Counted from the first letter of the stretch, positions 12,088-28,582 are shown. The stretch: DNA of 64,000 nt from Eledone cirrhosa (GCA_964016885.1 OZ024749.1:53072001-53136000); one strand, 5' to 3'. Translations and numbers: made by a program. The notes: generated from the letters alone by a model not told the origin.

Positions 12088-12133
12088 CATCTATATTAAA
12101 ACTTTTATACTCTGCTATATATATATATATATA

Positions 12134-12278
12134 TAGAAGTAGTAACACAACAGTTAGTTCACCATACCGAGAACAATTATTTCACCTTAGCGGATCTTCA
12201 GCTCGGACTGGTCAAGAGCCGCCAAGGTGAAACAATTGTTCTCGGTGTGGTGAACTAACTGTTGTGTAACCACTTCTA
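12134..12278. mobile_element. Foldback element, arms 12134-12198 and 12214-12278, next to (TA)n
   Basis: tagaagtagtaacacaacagttagttcacc... pairs with ...ggtgaactaactgttgtgtaaccacttcta; the arms contain the hammerhead. Confidence 0.8.
12167..12206 (-). ncRNA. Type I hammerhead ribozyme motif (family C)
   Basis: Reverse strand reads CCGAG-CTGAAGA-T.CC(GCTAA)GG.T-GAA-ATAATTGT-T-CTCGG. 5-bp stem I, near-palindromic stem III (ACAATTGT in the sister arm), GUU site. Confidence 0.75.
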
Positions 12279-12357
12279 CCAAACTCGTCCCATGGACTGA
12301 GTGCTCTACCACTACGGACATTACCTGCCAGTGTTCTAACCCCCTCTCTCCCTCTCT

Positions 12358-12418
<61 letters not shown>

Positions 12419-12597
12419 CGAAGGTCGGCTGAATGGTTCATAGGCGGACCAAGATACTCTCATGGAATGACCAAATGAGGTTTATTTTTCAACATAGTCC
12501 CTGGAAAGAAACAATGCAGTTATAATTAATAAAAAGAGTTGAAATTAATGTATGCAAGATTTCACAGCTCTAGCATCATTCCACTCAGCCCACCCAC

Positions 12598-12634
<37 letters not shown>

Positions 12635-12772
12635 TAAATACGTCAATACTCCTCTTCCTTCATTTCTTAGAAGGTTCTAAACCCCGCTATAAGGCTAACA
12701 TTTCTTTAGTAAAAAAAATACGGCGTAAGCTTCTCTCTCTCTCTCTCCCTATCTCTCACTCTCTATATATAT

Positions 12773-12962
12773 AATTGTTTCTACTTTTGGCACAAGGCCA
12801 GCAATTATCCCAGTGCATTACTGGTACTTTGTTTTATCGATTCCGTAAGGATGAAAGGCAAAGTTAACCTCGGCGGGATTTGAACTCAGATCATAAAGGG
12901 ATGTAACTCTATGCTGCAAAGCATGGCGCCCAACCCTCTACCGATACTGCCAATCCACCGCC
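12773..12962 (-). mobile_element. Full-length tRNA-derived SINE
   Basis: Complete reverse copy of the SINE, from tail aattgtttctac to head ctgccaatccaccgcc. Confidence 0.9.
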
Positions 12963-13284
12963 CTATATATATAATATTATTTATTTATGTTCATACACGG
13001 AATAAAAGGCTCTACGCAAGGTTTCAAGGCCCAAATTTGACCATATTTCCAGAAAACAAGAGACATCAACATAGTGACCTTTCTTCAGGCGCTAAGACGA
13101 GTTTATATCATTATAATATAATATCTTTGCTCTCTCTCGATTGAGCAGTTTTCTCCTTTTTCCTTCTCACACCCACACACACACACACACACATATTTAT
13201 ATATTTACTTCCAAGTATTCCAAATGTGGAGATTTTATACAATAAGTTCTCTAATAATATCTTTAGTGAAACATCTTGGATTTA

Positions 13285-13450
13285 GTAACCGGAAATGCGT
13301 TATTGAGGTTTGTTTCGTCTCCGGATAAGGTCAGAGATTTCACTTAGTTCAGTGTGGAAACTAGAAAAGTTAGTCGTTTTGTAATGACCGGAAGCTGTAT
13401 CTTTACAGAAACAGCAACGGAAGTACAGTATTCTCATCTTAAAAAGGAAG
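13285..13450. promoter_or_regulatory. ETS-motif cluster, candidate promoter or enhancer
   Basis: CCGGAAAT (13289), CCGGAT (13321), CCGGAAGC (13388), ACGGAAGT (13417) and AGGAAG (~13445), in the same orientation within non-repetitive sequence. Confidence 0.4.
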
Positions 13451-13892
13451 GTTGTTCGGGAGAAAAAAAAAAAAATGTTCTCAAACCATCAATATTTTGT
13501 GAGAAATCGTAAATTTTTCCTCTCGGCCATGTTTGATTTTGTTGCCCACTCTAGAGAAGCGGGCATTTTTCACATATTCTGAAATCGAATAAAATTTCCG
13601 AGGAAAAGTTCTTTAATAATTCGGACATAACTACTTATAAATTATTATTATCATTATTATAATTTTTGTTTTGTTATTTATCTATCTATATAAATATATA
13701 TATATATTTTTTCCTTTTTCTAGGCGTAAATATAGAAAATAATTTGTCTACGTTTTCAGAGACGAGGCAGGATATATAGTTTACGTCAAATGAATTTGTT
13801 TTTAAAACTTGTCAATATTCAAATATTTAAAATATTTCTCATAAACAGAGGAAAAGTTCAGCAGATTCCATTGTCTTGTTAGCGTTGTTACC

Positions 13893-14770
<878 letters not shown>

Positions 14771-14877
14771 TATATATATTTATAGCAGGGAAACTTATGC
14801 TAGTCCCGTCAACTTATATATGTGAGATACATGCATATATATTCACAATTTTTAACTTCAATGTAATGTGTATGAGC

Positions 14878-14909
<32 letters not shown>

Positions 14910-14925
14910 GTGTGTGTGTGTATAG

Positions 14926-14998
<73 letters not shown>

Positions 14999-15294
14999 CA
15001 CATATATCTTGACCAGTTGGGAATCGGAATAATGCTATTGTTTGGTTGCTAACCAAATATCAGTATTCCTATTCCACTACTGCAGTAAATGCCGAGATTG
15101 ATTACATGCGGAAGGTTTTCAAACGAGACTGAGCGATAAATTTCGTTCTAGCTGATAGTTATGATAATAAATGTGTTTCTAGGCAACAACGACTGGCTAT
15201 CTGGTATGTTATTGATACGCCTAGCTAGCCAGAGGTTTGGATCAATCGGTCATCGTCTCTGTAGTGGGAGGTTTCATTCATAAATTAGATTTGG

Positions 15295-15427
<133 letters not shown>

Positions 15428-15597
15428 CACACACACACACATATATATATATCTATAACTGTGATTATATATATAACTGGCATGGAAAATAATAATAATA
15501 ATAATAATAATGATGATGATGATGATGATAATGATGATACCTTTCTTTATTAACCACAAAAGGTTTCCAAAAAATAATCATTAAGGACAGCACAAAT

Positions 15598-15637
<40 letters not shown>

Positions 15638-15745
15638 GTAAGAGTATATAAATCAATGAATTGTAGTTGCAGTCCGGTCAGACAAGTTTACTCAATAACA
15701 CTGTAACCTTGACATGAGTGGAATAGTTATTTAATCGAATGAGCT

Positions 15746-15875
<130 letters not shown>

Positions 15876-15978
15876 CTGTGCGTGCCATTGATAGTGGTCT
15901 CCAAGAAATTTAACCTAATTTCTTCTTCAGGTCTTCGAGAAAAACAATTAATTGTATTGTCTCTCTCTCTCTTTCTCA

Positions 15979-16071
<93 letters not shown>

Positions 16072-17235
16072 GTATTTAGTCATTTATATTTTCATTAAAA
16101 CCTTTTTTTTGTTTAATATCTCCGTCTAACTTCACTTCGTATTTCCTTCACAATGTTCCAAGTTCCATAATATTATTTCTCGTTGAACAATCTTTGTCTT
16201 ATCGTTTGACTGAAAACATAAGACAAGCTCTACCATTGACATATTTTTTTATTTAATCAATTTAAACGTCGGTATAGAGCTAGTAAGCCATGACAGACTA
16301 AGGGAAGTATCTAGTACTTCTTACTGTTTAGAAACAAAAAACAAACAAACAAACAAAACAAACAAGATATACAGATATAAGTGAATATAAAAATAAAATA
16401 AATTTAAATTTAAAAGTCCGTATAGACTAAGCAAAGTATTTAGTACTTCTTACAGGTGAGGGGAAAAAAATCAGGATATACAGGTATAAGTGAATAGGAA
16501 AATAAAAATAAGTTTAAAAAATGAAATTAAATAAAAAAAAAATTTAGATGTGAAACAATGGAAGTTGTAAAGCATCTAGAAGGTTCTGTTGTTGAATATT
16601 CCCCTAACCTCCATGTCAAAGATTGTGTTTATAGTTGGTAGATCTTTTACAATATATTGTAACTCCAATCTTGGTACTATTTTAGTGTTTGGCTTCAAGA
16701 TGTCCTCCTCTCTCTCTCTCTCCCCCCATCTCTCTCACACACACACACACACACTCTCTCTCTCCCCCTCTCTCTCTCTTAGTCTGATAGTTTCTACAGT
16801 GGAACAAATAGTGCCAAAGAGTTTCTGGCAAGTCACCACAATGACACATACATCACAAGTCTTTTGATGTATGTTATAATGATTGCCATCACCATAGTAA
16901 CAGGCGGGCAGTCTTTCACAAGGATATGTGCCTCGACATGGCAGAACCTTAGGTGCATCTCACCTCATGCTCCCAGTGGGACAGAATAGAGACAACGTTG
17001 GTGTTATTGTTGTTGTTCAGTCCTTGTCCAACACACTTATAACTAAAGACAATCCAACCACGACCACCCAGTCTTATTAATATACGGACTACTTTTCCCA
17101 ATGCGTTCTTCCTTTCTCTTTTAATTACGATAGATTTATAATTTGAGGGGAATTTCCCTGCTATTTCTTGTATGTCGTACCTCCACGTAAAGGCCGCCCT
17201 CTCCACCAGCGTTGATCCGCCAGACAAGCTCTACC

Positions 17236-17418
17236 ATTGGTGGATTGGCAGTCTCGGTAGAGGGTCAGACGCCATGCTTTGAGTTACGGCCCTTGCCATT
17301 CTGAGGTCAAATCCCGCCGAGGTTAACTTCGCCTTTCATCCTTACGGGGTCGATAAAATAAAGTACCAGTAATGCACTGGGTATTGCTGGCCTTGTGCCA
17401 AAAGTAGAAACAATTATT
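17236..17418 (+). mobile_element. Full-length tRNA-derived SINE
   Basis: Head ggtggattggcagtctcggtagag, B box, core and tail gtagaaacaatt. Confidence 0.9.
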
Positions 17419-18199
17419 TGAGTGTGTGGAGTGTGGTGGTGCGGAGTCGTAGAGAGAAACTCATGGCTACCATTAACATTTTGTAACTTAGTCATCTTCG
17501 GATTTCAAATTTCCGATTGTTGGTGTCAGGTTTCTTGTAATCATGATATGAGCTGCCAATTTACGTGGTTTTGCTAATTTTAGATGTGATATTTGTGTAT
17601 TCAGTTTTGGGTTATATGTTTTTAAAATCAATCCCAATGATTGATCTGGTTGTCAATTGTCAATTTTCTAGTTTATTTTGAGTTTATTCCCAAAATAAAT
17701 TAACTGTGTTAAAACAGCGACTGTGTTTCGTCAAACATGTTTTTTGTTTTCTTTTGTGCAAAAACAACGTGTTACAATTATGACTCACAGTTATAAATTC
17801 TTGGCCGGTTAACGGGTGAGTAAGGGAGGTTTATTTCAATGTCAAAGAGAGCTGTGAATGGAATTTAGGAGTTAACAAAGGGAGCTTTTATATTATATAA
17901 TCGTACGACCAGCTAGAAATAGCAACCAATTTCCCTCTCTCCCCTTTCAAACCTCACCATAAACCCTGACGGTTCTAAAAACCAAAAGCAGTACATTTGA
18001 CCATGTAGTTAGTTCTAGACGGAGCGAGTTTTAGTCACCGTGTAGAAAGAGTTCGTTCATCAGACTGCATGTTCCATAGAACTAAACAAACAACAACAAA
18101 AACAACAACAATAGAAGATATAATGAGAGATAAAAGATGAAATAGGAAGATAGACGAGAGTAAAAAGGGAAGAAACGGAAAAGAAAATTTTTTTTTACA

Positions 18200-18342
<143 letters not shown>

Positions 18343-18793
18343 TGTTGGGAGAGTGATTATACAATATGGTGTGAAGTCAAAGGGAAAAAATGATTGCATA
18401 ACAAGGAAATTAGACAAAGGCTTTGAAAATGTGTCATAAACAGTACATTTGGTGGTGATGGTGGTGGTGGTGATGGTGGAGATGTAGTCGTGGTGTTGGT
18501 GGTAGTGGTGGTAGTGGTGGTAATGGTGGTGGTGTAACGTGTTAGGGTGCACAAGTCTATATAGGAAAGAAAATGGTCGGGTGGAGCTAAATAAGATTTT
18601 GGAGATTGTGGGAGAGTGAGGCATAGCATGTGTCATCCTGGGGCGGGGGGCAGGGGGGGGGGCTTGGTGGGGGAATTAGAATTAAGAGAGAGGGAGGGGG
18701 CAGCTGAGAGAGAAAGTGATAGATCTATAGTGATAGATAGAGAGGTTGAGAGCTAAATATATATATATATATATATATATTTGCTAGACCTTG

Positions 18794-18900
<107 letters not shown>

Positions 18901-19467
18901 GTAAAGACCCAAATATCTGTCAACAGTAAAAACTAAAATATGATACTTGTGTTTCTTTGTCTATATCCCCCGACTTCTTCGAGATGTTTCGTTCTCGACT
19001 GGGCAGGAATTCTTAAGACTTTTCCCCGTACTACCAAATCTTAAGACATTTGCTGGCTTAGATATTGTATTTCGACACAACATCCCCCCACCACCAGCTT
19101 CTCAGCATGTGTGTATGTATAGTGTGTCAGTACTAACATTCTACCGCACACATAAACACTGTTTACCCCCATATATATATGGGATAACAAGTTATCGTTT
19201 TAGGTAATCCAGTTAGAGGTTGTGAGTACTCTGTACTATGGATAGTTTTAACGTACGGCGTTCTTTGACCCAACAAGAGGTTTCCATTGTTAGGTAGCGA
19301 GTTCGCGAGAATTCTCATGCAGGTCATTCTCGGAGTAATAGAGTGAAAGAGTGAAGAATGGTCGGCTGAACAAAAAGTGTTTTATTTACAGTATTAACAA
19401 TTGTTTCATTGATCAGGTGAGTCTAAAGGCCGCTAATCACTCGAAATTGCGTGACTCGACCTTAAAT

Positions 19468-20079
<612 letters not shown>

Positions 20080-20239
20080 ATTAACTCCGTATTCGCACCA
20101 CCAACTACACAAACGAAGATGGGTGAACTGCACTACGTTGAGTACTCTCCACAATATTACACCAAGATTGACCATACGGAATGACCAATTCTATCCAGTG
20201 GTGAACCAACAAACCTAAAGAAATATATATACATATATA

Positions 20240-20339
20240 TAGGAACGAGTAGGACCCCGACGGCTGAGCTCAAGCCGTTTCGATGGCTTGTACTTTGGTG
20301 CGTTATGGTCCACCTGGTTCCTTACCACATTTCCTTCGT

Positions 20340-20341
<2 letters not shown>
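20240..20341 (-). mobile_element. (TA)n-embedded family D element with a hammerhead 3' half
   Basis: Reverse strand reads ...ccatc-GAA-ACGGC(TTGAGCTCA)GCCGT-C-GGGGTCC; homologous to 61895-62037. Confidence 0.7.
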
Positions 20342-20371
<30 letters not shown>

Positions 20372-20479
20372 CATACAGACACACGTACTGTGGATGACTC
20401 TGTGATAAATTGGCGAAACTCCAGAGAAAAGACTCACATTTTAGTCTTAATAATAACGAATATTAAAACTACTTACTGC

Positions 20480-20835
20480 TACTTTATTTTATCGACCCCA
20501 GAAGAATGAAAGGCAAAGTTGACCTCAGCAGGATTTGAACTCAGAATGTAAAGAGCCAGAACAGCACAATGCCATTTTATCTGAGGCTCTACCAATTCCA
20601 CCAACCTATCACTATAATAGCTTTTTATATAGGCACAAGGCCAGCAATTTTGGGGAGGGAAAAGTCGATGAAATTGACCCCAGTGCGTGACTGGTACTTT
20701 ATTTTATCGACCTCGTAAGGATGAAAGGCAAAGTTAACCTCGGCGGGATTTGAACTCAGATTGTAAAGGGCCGTAACTCTATGCGACAAAGCATGGCGAC
20801 CGACCCTCTACCGATACTGCCAATCCATCGCCCTA
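20480..20835 (-). mobile_element. Two SINE copies
   Basis: The SINE core appears twice in reverse complement. Confidence 0.85.
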
Positions 20836-20922
20836 CCAATCTATCACTATAATGAAAAGAATTGTTGCATCTCAGATAAGATAGTCGTTACAAGTTGTCA
20901 TATCCTGGATGGTCCGCTGGAT

Positions 20923-21280
<358 letters not shown>

Positions 21281-21440
21281 TCTGTGTTTGATCTCGACTG
21301 CTTGGGTACCTAAAACACTTACTGAGATCATGGTATATAGTACCAAGTCATTCTCGATTGTTAGTGGCGGCTGTATATTATATATTTAATATTGTAAGAA
21401 CTACGGCATCTGAGTTATAGAACACATTATTTCAATTGAC

Positions 21441-21624
21441 CATTGGTGGCTTGGCAGTATCGGTAGAGGGTCGGACACCATGCTTAGCAGCATAGTTACG
21501 TCCCTTTACGATCTGAGTTCAAATCTCGCCGAGGTTGACTTTGCTTTCATCCTTACGGGGTCGATAAAATAAAGTACCAGTAATGCACTGGGTAATTGCT
21601 GGCCTTGTGCCTAAAGTAGAAACA
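21441..21624 (+). mobile_element. Full-length SINE with a 15-bp target-site duplication
   Basis: attatttcaattgac at 21426-21440 and 21625-21639 flanks the SINE. Confidence 0.92.
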
Positions 21625-21932
21625 ATTATTTCAATTGACGAACACTGGAACTATTTTTCCGATTTTTTTTTTTACTGTACTTGAAAACTTTAATATTTTG
21701 CAAACGAATATCATTTTATCGATAAATAAATAATGTTTATCATAAAACCTTAACGATTCTGTTGGCATTAAATGGTATTAGAAACTTTCAAATAACACTA
21801 ATTAATTACATCACATGATGCGGTATTGTTTTCATTCGATTAGATTCGATTAATTCCCTAATGATATTTTACTTGTACTATTGGAGTGGTTTACCCTTTA
21901 AAATCATTCCAGATGTAGATTTCTGAAAGACA

Positions 21933-22090
21933 TTATTGCACTGGATTGCATTTGGTATTATTGCACCGGTTTACATCTGATATCATTGCACCGGTTTACA
22001 TCTGATATTATTGCACCGGTTTATATCTGATATTATTGCACCGTTTTACATCTGATATTGCACCAGTTAGCATTTGATGTTACATCTGGG
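21933..22090. repeat. 25-bp minisatellite
   Basis: Units of attgcaccggtttacatctgatat. Confidence 0.85.
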
Positions 22091-22489
22091 ATGTTACATG
22101 TTGTGACACCTTCTCCAGCGGCAACCCTGTGCGTTCAGCTACCAAGTCAGGCTCTGCTGCTCGCCAGGTCAAACTGTCCAATTATCGGTCACTCTCTGAT
22201 AGGTTTGAGGTTTGTGGTCGAGCTTGTGGCTGTTGAGACTTCCGGCGTTTTGGGCCCCACCAGATCACATCCCTTCTCACTGCTATAGGAGGGGAGTTAG
22301 GCTACCCGCAAGTGTGAGTGAGCCCCGCAAGGTGGAGGGACTGTACCAGCACATTTCCCTCGTCATTCTCCGAGGCAATGTTTTCTCTATCCTGTCCGTC
22401 AGGACCAGGAGCGGACTGACCTTTAAGTTTCATTTATGGTGGTGGCATGTGGAATAAATTTACTTCCAATTTATTATTATGTAAAATCT

Positions 22490-22697
22490 GATTGGCAGTA
22501 TCGGTAGAGGGTCTGACGTCATGCTTTGCAGCATAGAGTTACATCCCTTTATGATCTGAGTTCAAATCCCGCCGAGGTTAACTTTGCCTTTCATCCTTAT
22601 GGGGTCGATAAAATAAAGTACCAGCCCGCACTGGGGTAGATTTAATCGACTCCCCCCCCAAAAAAATTACCGGCTTTATGCCTATATGAGAACCCAT
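22490..22697 (+). mobile_element. SINE with an imperfect TSD (attatgtaaaat.ctgat)
   Basis: SINE head and core with a flanking direct repeat at ~22476 and ~22696. Confidence 0.85.
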
Positions 22698-22964
22698 TAT
22701 GTAAAATTCTGATCGAGACTGTTTTTTCCCTCAATAGAATAAAAACTTCGATTAGTCACTGTATCGATTTATCACGATCAATCAGACTTCTGAAACGATC
22801 GTAAAACAATGAACTGATTAAGCACTAAACTTCTTGAAGTACCATCTTTGGTTGTCAATTAATTAAAACATTATTAAGCTCTGTATTCTTCCATAAGTGG
22901 TTTATACATTGAGCTTTTTAAATATTTGGTAATAAACGAGTCACCAACCCAATTTATACAGCTC

Positions 22965-23025
<61 letters not shown>

Positions 23026-23269
23026 ATATTTTATTAAGAAAAGTTTTTTTCTCTTTTCCATTTCTTCAAAAATTGCCCGCGTTTATACATGGGTGGGGCC
23101 AAGAAAGAGATATTAGTTACAACAGCTGCAAATTGAAATGGCGGGAAAGTAAAGTGACTCATCGGCACCACACCCAGGAGAAATGAGAGGAGGCGGTGAA
23201 TGGCTGTCAATGTTCCTGTTGAGACAAAAGTACATTGTAGCAGATGGTCACTATCGTCGTTGGTATCGC

Positions 23270-23605
23270 ACACGTCACCACCACCACCCGTCATCGCCAC
23301 CATCACCATCCTCACCACCACCACCACCATCATCCTCACCAACACCACCACCATCATCTCCACCCATCATCGTCACACCGTCACCACCACCACCACCACC
23401 ACCACCACCGTCACCGTCACACCGTCACCACCGTCACCACCGTCACCACCACCATTACCGTCACCACCACCACCACCACCACCACCACCACCACCATGAC
23501 CGTCACACCGTCACCACCACCACCACCACCACCGTCACCACCACCACTACCACCACACCATCGTCGTTGGCATCACACACGCCGCCACCACCACTGCCAC
23601 CATAA
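23270..23605. repeat. (CAC)n-rich microsatellite
   Basis: Direct inspection. Confidence 0.9.
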
Positions 23606-23971
23606 CCAATTGAAGGGAACCTCTACATGGTCACTAGACCTGCTAGAAATAGTAGCCAAATCTCTCCTAGATCATATCTTAATGAATGGACGCGTTAGAT
23701 AATAGGAACTTTGATACAAGACAATGTATCTGAAAATATATAATTACATAAAATATGACATAAAACTGACGGGATTGTCACGGCTGGAAAGCCTTTTCAT
23801 CGTAAGGTTGCTTCATATTTGTTGACGAGGGGGGGGGGGGGACAACAACAACAACAACAACAACACCACCAACAACAGCAACACCACCACCAAAACAACA
23901 ACAACAACAGTCTATAACAACAAAAGAACGAAAGTCAGCAGTATTTGTATTTCAAGATATTGTCTTCGTTT

Positions 23972-24100
23972 CACACTCAGACACACGCAATTACGCACAC
24001 ACACTCAGACACACGCAATTACGCACACACACTCAGACACACGCAATTACGCACACACACTCAGACACACGCAATTACGCACACACACTCAGACACACGC
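23972..24100. repeat. 28-bp minisatellite
   Basis: cacactcagacacacgcaattacgcaca, about 4.5 units. Confidence 0.9.
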
Positions 24101-24194
24101 CCACACATGCAGCATATATAGACATGCACATACACAAATTCTTTTCGTATCTCTGTCTCTCTGTCTGCCTCTGTTTGTCTTTGTTTCTCTCTCT

Positions 24195-24265
<71 letters not shown>

Positions 24266-24872
24266 CTCTCTGCCTCTGTCTATCTCTCTCTGTCTTTATC
24301 TCTCTCTCTCTCTCTCTCTCTGTCTCTGTCTCTCTCTCTCTCTTTCTGTTTCTCTCCCTGCCCCCATCTCTCTGTTTCTGTCTCAACCCACATTCGATCT
24401 TACCGTGTCCCCGTTTTGGGAAAGGTGTCTTTATTTATCGACCTCGAAAAGATGACAAACAAAGTTGACCTCGACGGGAATTGAAACCAGAAAATGCATT
24501 AAACTGGTGGATCAAATACGGAGGTTTGAGCCAATTCATCAACTATGTGAATAACCTCTCGGTTAATAGTCTCAAGGAGCTCACGCGATAGGTTGAAACA
24601 AAACACCATCATTTGTGTTTATTCACTGATATTGACTCACTGAAAAACTAACGGAAAAAACAATTTAAGTGGAATTTTCCCGTGATCTACTTGCGATGTG
24701 TAGTGTATATTGTCTTTTTGAGAGGGTAATTGAAGGCGAGACCAAAAAGAACAAAACAAAAACAAAGACAACAGAAGACAAAAAAGATCCCCCTCAAATC
24801 ATAAAACAACTTCCCATCCTCATCCCCCCCCCAAAAAAAAGAACAACGGTTCTATATCTGATAAGCGACGCA

Positions 24873-25120
24873 TTGATCTCTACTTCTAACTCTTGAGTCT
24901 TGATATCTTCTAACTTTAGTCTTGATCTCTACTTTTAACTTGAGTCTTGATCTCTACTTCAAACTTAATTCCTGATCTCTACTTCTAACTTGAGTCCTGA
25001 TCTCTTCTAACTTAATTCCTGATCTCTACTTCTAACTTGAGTCCTGATCTCTTCTAACTTAAGTCCTGATCTCTACTTCTAACTTGAGTCCTGATCTCTA
25101 CTTTTAACTTAAGTCCTGAT
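24873..25120. repeat. ~22-25-bp minisatellite
   Basis: Units of tgatctctacttctaacttgagtcc. Confidence 0.85.
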
Positions 25121-25181
25121 TAATCCTACAGTATCTTCCACAAATAATTAAAACAGCCAAATTAAGTTTATGTCGCGACCT

Positions 25182-25229
<48 letters not shown>

Positions 25230-25455
25230 TAATGTCTCTCTATTACATATATACATACATATACATACATATGTACTTAACCCCCTCCCCCCCATATATA
25301 TATAACCGTTGTTCAATCAATGATAAACGTTGATTGCCAAATAAATTAACTATGGAGATATAAAAGATACAGAAGCGAAAACCAACCAAACAGTGAGTGT
25401 GTTCTGTTATTATTTCTGGCAATATTATTACAACAATATGACCCGCCCCAAGTAT

Positions 25456-25507
<52 letters not shown>

Positions 25508-26713
25508 ATTCACATATCGCCCCCTTGCGCTCAATGAACAAATGCTGATAACTTCTTTGATAAGAAAGCACCTCGTCATTGTATTCATTTGTAAACAGTT
25601 CTCAGCATATAGTGTACTAGTGAGTTGTCCGATCACCTATTTTACGTCATCAGACCAATACTTACGTAATCTCTCACGCCAATCCTGGCCACCTTCACTT
25701 CCGGCGGCAAAGTATCAAGTATGACAACTTGCTATTGACTGCCGAATGGCTAGCGATAAATATGGCCAAATTATATGGGTAGAATTCCACTGTCCATAGG
25801 CGGAAAATTGGCAAAATCGTTAGAACTTCGAATAGAATACTTTGCTGTGTTCGTTCCAGTCGTAAAAGTGGTCTTTGTAGAGGTATGGTTCCGTTGTAAC
25901 TGACATATACAGCATGTGTTGGGTATTTTTAAACATGGCGGAGTCGATCCTTCTCCGGGTTGGAACACAGCCGATTTCTTCCATGGATAGTGATAGAGAG
26001 GAAGTGAGAAAAAGAAAGAATCGACGCCGGTACTAGACTGGTGGCTTGTTCGAAAGGATGGCAGATAAAGTTGACCTTGGCGGGATTTCAACTCACAGAG
26101 CAGAGAGTGTCAGAACAAATACCGCAAAGTATTCTATCGTTCTAACGGTCCAAGGACTTCGCCATTTTGTCGCCGACAGACTAAAAATAGCTTTAAACCA
26201 GTCAATAATATCTTAGATGGAGCAAGGTGGGTTATACGAGACTTAAGAAATACGCTGTCTATACATAACTGTTTAAGTTGATGTTGTGAGTCATTTTAAA
26301 TGTATTTTAAGAAGTTGTCATTTAAACCTGGTTAAACTGGTTGATTACGTCACAGAAAACAACCTTTTGATAGCTCCTGGGTAAGCGATTATACATTTCT
26401 AAGATTGCTTTCATTAAAGTGATGTTGTTGATGTTGCCGCTATTGCTGCTGCCTTTTTTTTTTTTTACACTATTGCAGTTATTGTTGACGATAATGGTAA
26501 CATTGCTGGCGACCATGTTTGCAGTGTGACAATATTTAACCTACCTTGTTAAATTTCATATACTTAAAATATCATCTCACAGATTGCTTAAAACATTTTC
26601 TTTTTTTTCACAAATAACGTAAATGGTTTCTACTTTAGGACCAAACACTTTATTTTGGTCGTCCTGGTACTTTATTTTAACTTTGGGAAGGTCATGCTAC
26701 CACATTAAAAAAC

Positions 26714-26842
<129 letters not shown>

Positions 26843-26929
26843 GTAAAAGGTAAACAGAAATAACCACACAATCGGTACAGTATATGGAAGGAATATATTA
26901 GGTTAACGCTTGATATAGCAGGAAGAGGG

Positions 26930-26965
26930 TCTTAACGTTTCGGACGCTAGTCCTTCATCAGAAGA
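26930..26965 (-). ncRNA. Minimal hammerhead motif, identical to 1552-1587 (family A copy 26841-27025)
   Basis: tcttaacgtttcggacgctagtccttcatcagaaga is the exact reverse complement of 1552-1587. Confidence 0.75.
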
Positions 26966-27062
26966 AAGAATGAGAAATAAGATAGATTGAGGGGACGGGG
27001 GGTGGGTTGGAATTGGAAAAAATGTCTTTATATATTTTATGTAATAAACAACACAATATCAT

Positions 27063-27238
27063 TAGTATCGGTAGAGGGTCGGACGCCATGCTTTCCAGCA
27101 TAGTTACGTCCCTTTACGATCTGAGTTCAAATCCCGCCGAGGTTGACTTTGCCTTTCATCCTTACGGGGTCGATAAAATAAAGTACCAGTAATGCACTGG
27201 GTAATTGCTGGCCTTGTGTCTAAAGTAGAAACAATTAT
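27063..27238 (+). mobile_element. SINE
   Basis: Core and tail of the abundant SINE. Confidence 0.88.
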
Positions 27239-27293
27239 TGTGTACTATACATAGAACAATCTTATTTCCTTTACCTTTTCCGCGTAAATACTT

Positions 27294-27332
<39 letters not shown>

Positions 27333-27614
27333 TTATATATATATATGTGTGGGCGTATATATATATATATATATTAATTGTATGTTCATTAAGGTAACAT
27401 AAGGTAAATTATACATACACCTGTTGATTACCTTACCTTTATGGCTGTAGAGACACAGCTTGTTAGTTCAATACTGAAACATTGCTATATTTCACTGGAG
27501 GTAAAATATTGATGTTTTTGTCAGGAATTGAAGTTTTAATATCCTCGTTTGTGTTTAGGGTAGGACTTGGATGTTTTGAGTTTGTCATAGCTATACTATA
27601 TATTTCTGTTCTTC

Positions 27615-27687
<73 letters not shown>

Positions 27688-27877
27688 TGTATGTATGTAT
27701 GTATGTTCTATCTTTCTCTTAATTTTGAGTTTATTTTTGACTGTCCACCTTCCCGGTGGCAAAGTTGTAAAGAAAATGAAATTGTTGTCGTCTCTTGTGT
27801 AAGTGTTCATCCTTTGTCTCAGAAGAATGTTTTACAGATTTTGATTTTGTCTAAACAACCGATTTCTTGGAGAGAAG

Positions 27878-27950
<73 letters not shown>

Positions 27951-28098
27951 GTGGTTAAACTGTGATAATAGCCATTTAATAGTCAATTAAAATGTTAGGT
28001 GTGGCGGTGGATGAGAGAGAGAGGTGAGAGAGAGAAGGAGAGGGAGAGAGAGGGGGAGAGAGAGAGAGAGTGAAAGAGAGAAAGAGAGAGAGAGAGTA

Positions 28099-28156
<58 letters not shown>

Positions 28157-28404
28157 AAGATCGATCCCAGTACTGGACTGGTAATTTGTTTATCAACCTG
28201 GAAAGTGTGATAGGTAAAGTTGACCTCGGTACGATTTAGGCTCAGAGAGTTCAGTCAACCGGAATTAATATCCCAATGCCTTCTGTCCGATGTTCTGAAG
28301 ACTCCGCCATTTTGCCGCTTCCTGTTAGTCATATAACATATATCATATTTTCTGTTTTGTCATAACTAATAAAACAGAACTCTACTATGGACTGTGATAG
28401 AAGT

Positions 28405-28441
28405 TGCAACAACAACAACAGTATCATCAACAGCAATAACT

Positions 28442-28505
<64 letters not shown>

Positions 28506-28582
28506 TAACAACAATATCAAAAACAAAAATAACAACAGTAACAATAAAAACAACAGCAATGACATCAACATCAACAACAACA
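28405..28582. repeat. (CAG)n/(CAA)n microsatellite
   Basis: Direct inspection. Confidence 0.9.

Noticed and set aside
17236-17330. tRNA-like A/B boxes
   Set aside because: These are SINE heads followed by SINE core and tail, with no full cloverleaf, so they are not tRNA genes.
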